Assembly (NCBI GenBank): GCA_964016885.1
Contig: OZ024743.1
Location: 205,778,001-205,842,000, forward strand
From: Eledone cirrhosa
Lineage: Eukaryota
Length of the DNA: 64,000 bases
Reading direction: 5' to 3'
Made by a program: the position numbers and the translations under genes. The notes under the pieces are model-generated. The model was not told the DNA's origin. It made no database searches and saw nothing but the letters and a program-made list of their open reading frames with translations. Each line of letters opens with the position of its first letter. The first letter of the stretch is position 1. This document shows, piece after piece, positions 63,701 through 64,000 of the stretch.

Positions 63701-64000
63701 ACTTATCTCCGCCTGATTTTTTTAAAAAAATTATCTCCCCTTGGACGGCTGGAAATTATCTCCCCTTGGACGGCTGGAAATTATCTCTCCTTGGACGGCT
63801 AGAAATTACCTCTCCTTGGACGGCTGAAAATTATCTCCCCTTGGACGGCTGGAAATTATCTCCCCTTGATTTTTTTTACAAATTATCTCCCCCTGATTTT
63901 TTTTTACAAATTATCTCCCCCTGATTTTTTTTACAAATTATATTCCCTTGGCTGGCTGGAAATTATCTCCCCTTGGAGGCTGGAATTTATCTCCCCTTGG
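57782..64000. repeat. 6.6-kb HOR family, unit 4 (full-length type, truncated by the window end)
   Basis: Constant +16520 offset to unit 1 (42511/59031, 43115/59635, 46765/63285). It retains the 209-bp block missing from unit 2. Confidence 0.92.

Larger units (their letters stand above)
1..64000. repeat. Tandem satellite array of two related monomers (A 25 bp; B ~27 bp) sharing AAATTATCTCCCC; runs to both window edges
   Basis: The core AAATTATCTCCCC or a close variant recurs every 21-30 bp from base 1 to 64000, always in the same orientation. It is followed by either TTGGACGGCTGG or CTGA(T)nAC. No unique sequence was seen. Confidence 0.99.

Noticed and set aside
201-63924. All plus-strand ORFs in the track (60-282 aa, e.g. 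1254..2102)
   Set aside because: The 25-bp A monomer has no stop in any frame, so trimers translate to GNYLPLDGWKLSPLGRLEIISPWTA in all three overlapping frames. Homologous copies are frameshifted by poly-T length (282 aa at 1254 versus split ORFs at 13743/14177), and most starts are TTG. There is no sign of coding constraint.
1-64000. Absence of minus-strand ORFs as a sign of coding-strand bias
   Set aside because: Explained by TAA in the reverse-complement core (AGATAATTT) cycling through frames with the 25-28-bp period.
1-64000. CRISPR array (constant core plus variable linker)
   Set aside because: The core is only ~13-16 bp, the linkers are ~9-14 bp and of just two recurring types rather than unique spacers, and there is no leader or cas gene.
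1-64000. Long yeast-type telomerase repeat (23-25 bp, as in Candida or Kluyveromyces)
   Set aside because: Only the length is similar. I recognise no sequence match, and two monomer types, inherited variants and multi-kb HORs indicate recombinational amplification, not templated synthesis.
1-64000. Rho-independent terminators or promoters at T-tracts; NF-kB-like GGAAATTATCTCC
   Set aside because: There are no stable GC hairpins before the T runs and no genes to regulate, and the kB consensus GGGRNWYYCC is not matched.
1-64000. A/B string as a functional information code or programmed rearrangement system
   Set aside because: The order is accounted for by nested duplications and deletions. 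No recombinase, reverse transcriptase or target locus is present in the window to support a dedicated system.

Overview
The whole 64-kb window is one uninterrupted, head-to-tail satellite DNA array, most likely eukaryotic heterochromatin. I see no genes, RNA genes, CRISPR spacers, transposon insertions or inversions. Roughly 2,400-2,500 monomers (estimate: 64 kb / ~26 bp) share the core AAATTATCTCCCC and come in two types. Type A is 25 bp, GACGGCTGG-AAATTATCTCCCC-TTG. Type B is ~26-30 bp (modal 27-28), A(T)7-11AC-AAATTATCTCCCC-CTG. Short runs of A alternate with short runs of B through stereotyped junction monomers. Variant monomers reveal nested higher-order repeats (HORs): a ~0.5-1.1 kb cassette, ~4 kb and ~8.5 kb sub-periods, and a near-identical ~17.1 kb tandem duplication (1-34.3 kb). 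After a mosaic zone (~39.1-41.2 kb), a second HOR family follows with units of 6597, 6387, 3537 and about 6596 bp. All listed ORFs are by-products of the stop-free 25-bp A monomer and are not called as genes. I cannot identify the organism or a named satellite family. Offsets come from the ORF track and by-eye comparison of marker variants, so boundaries are approximate.
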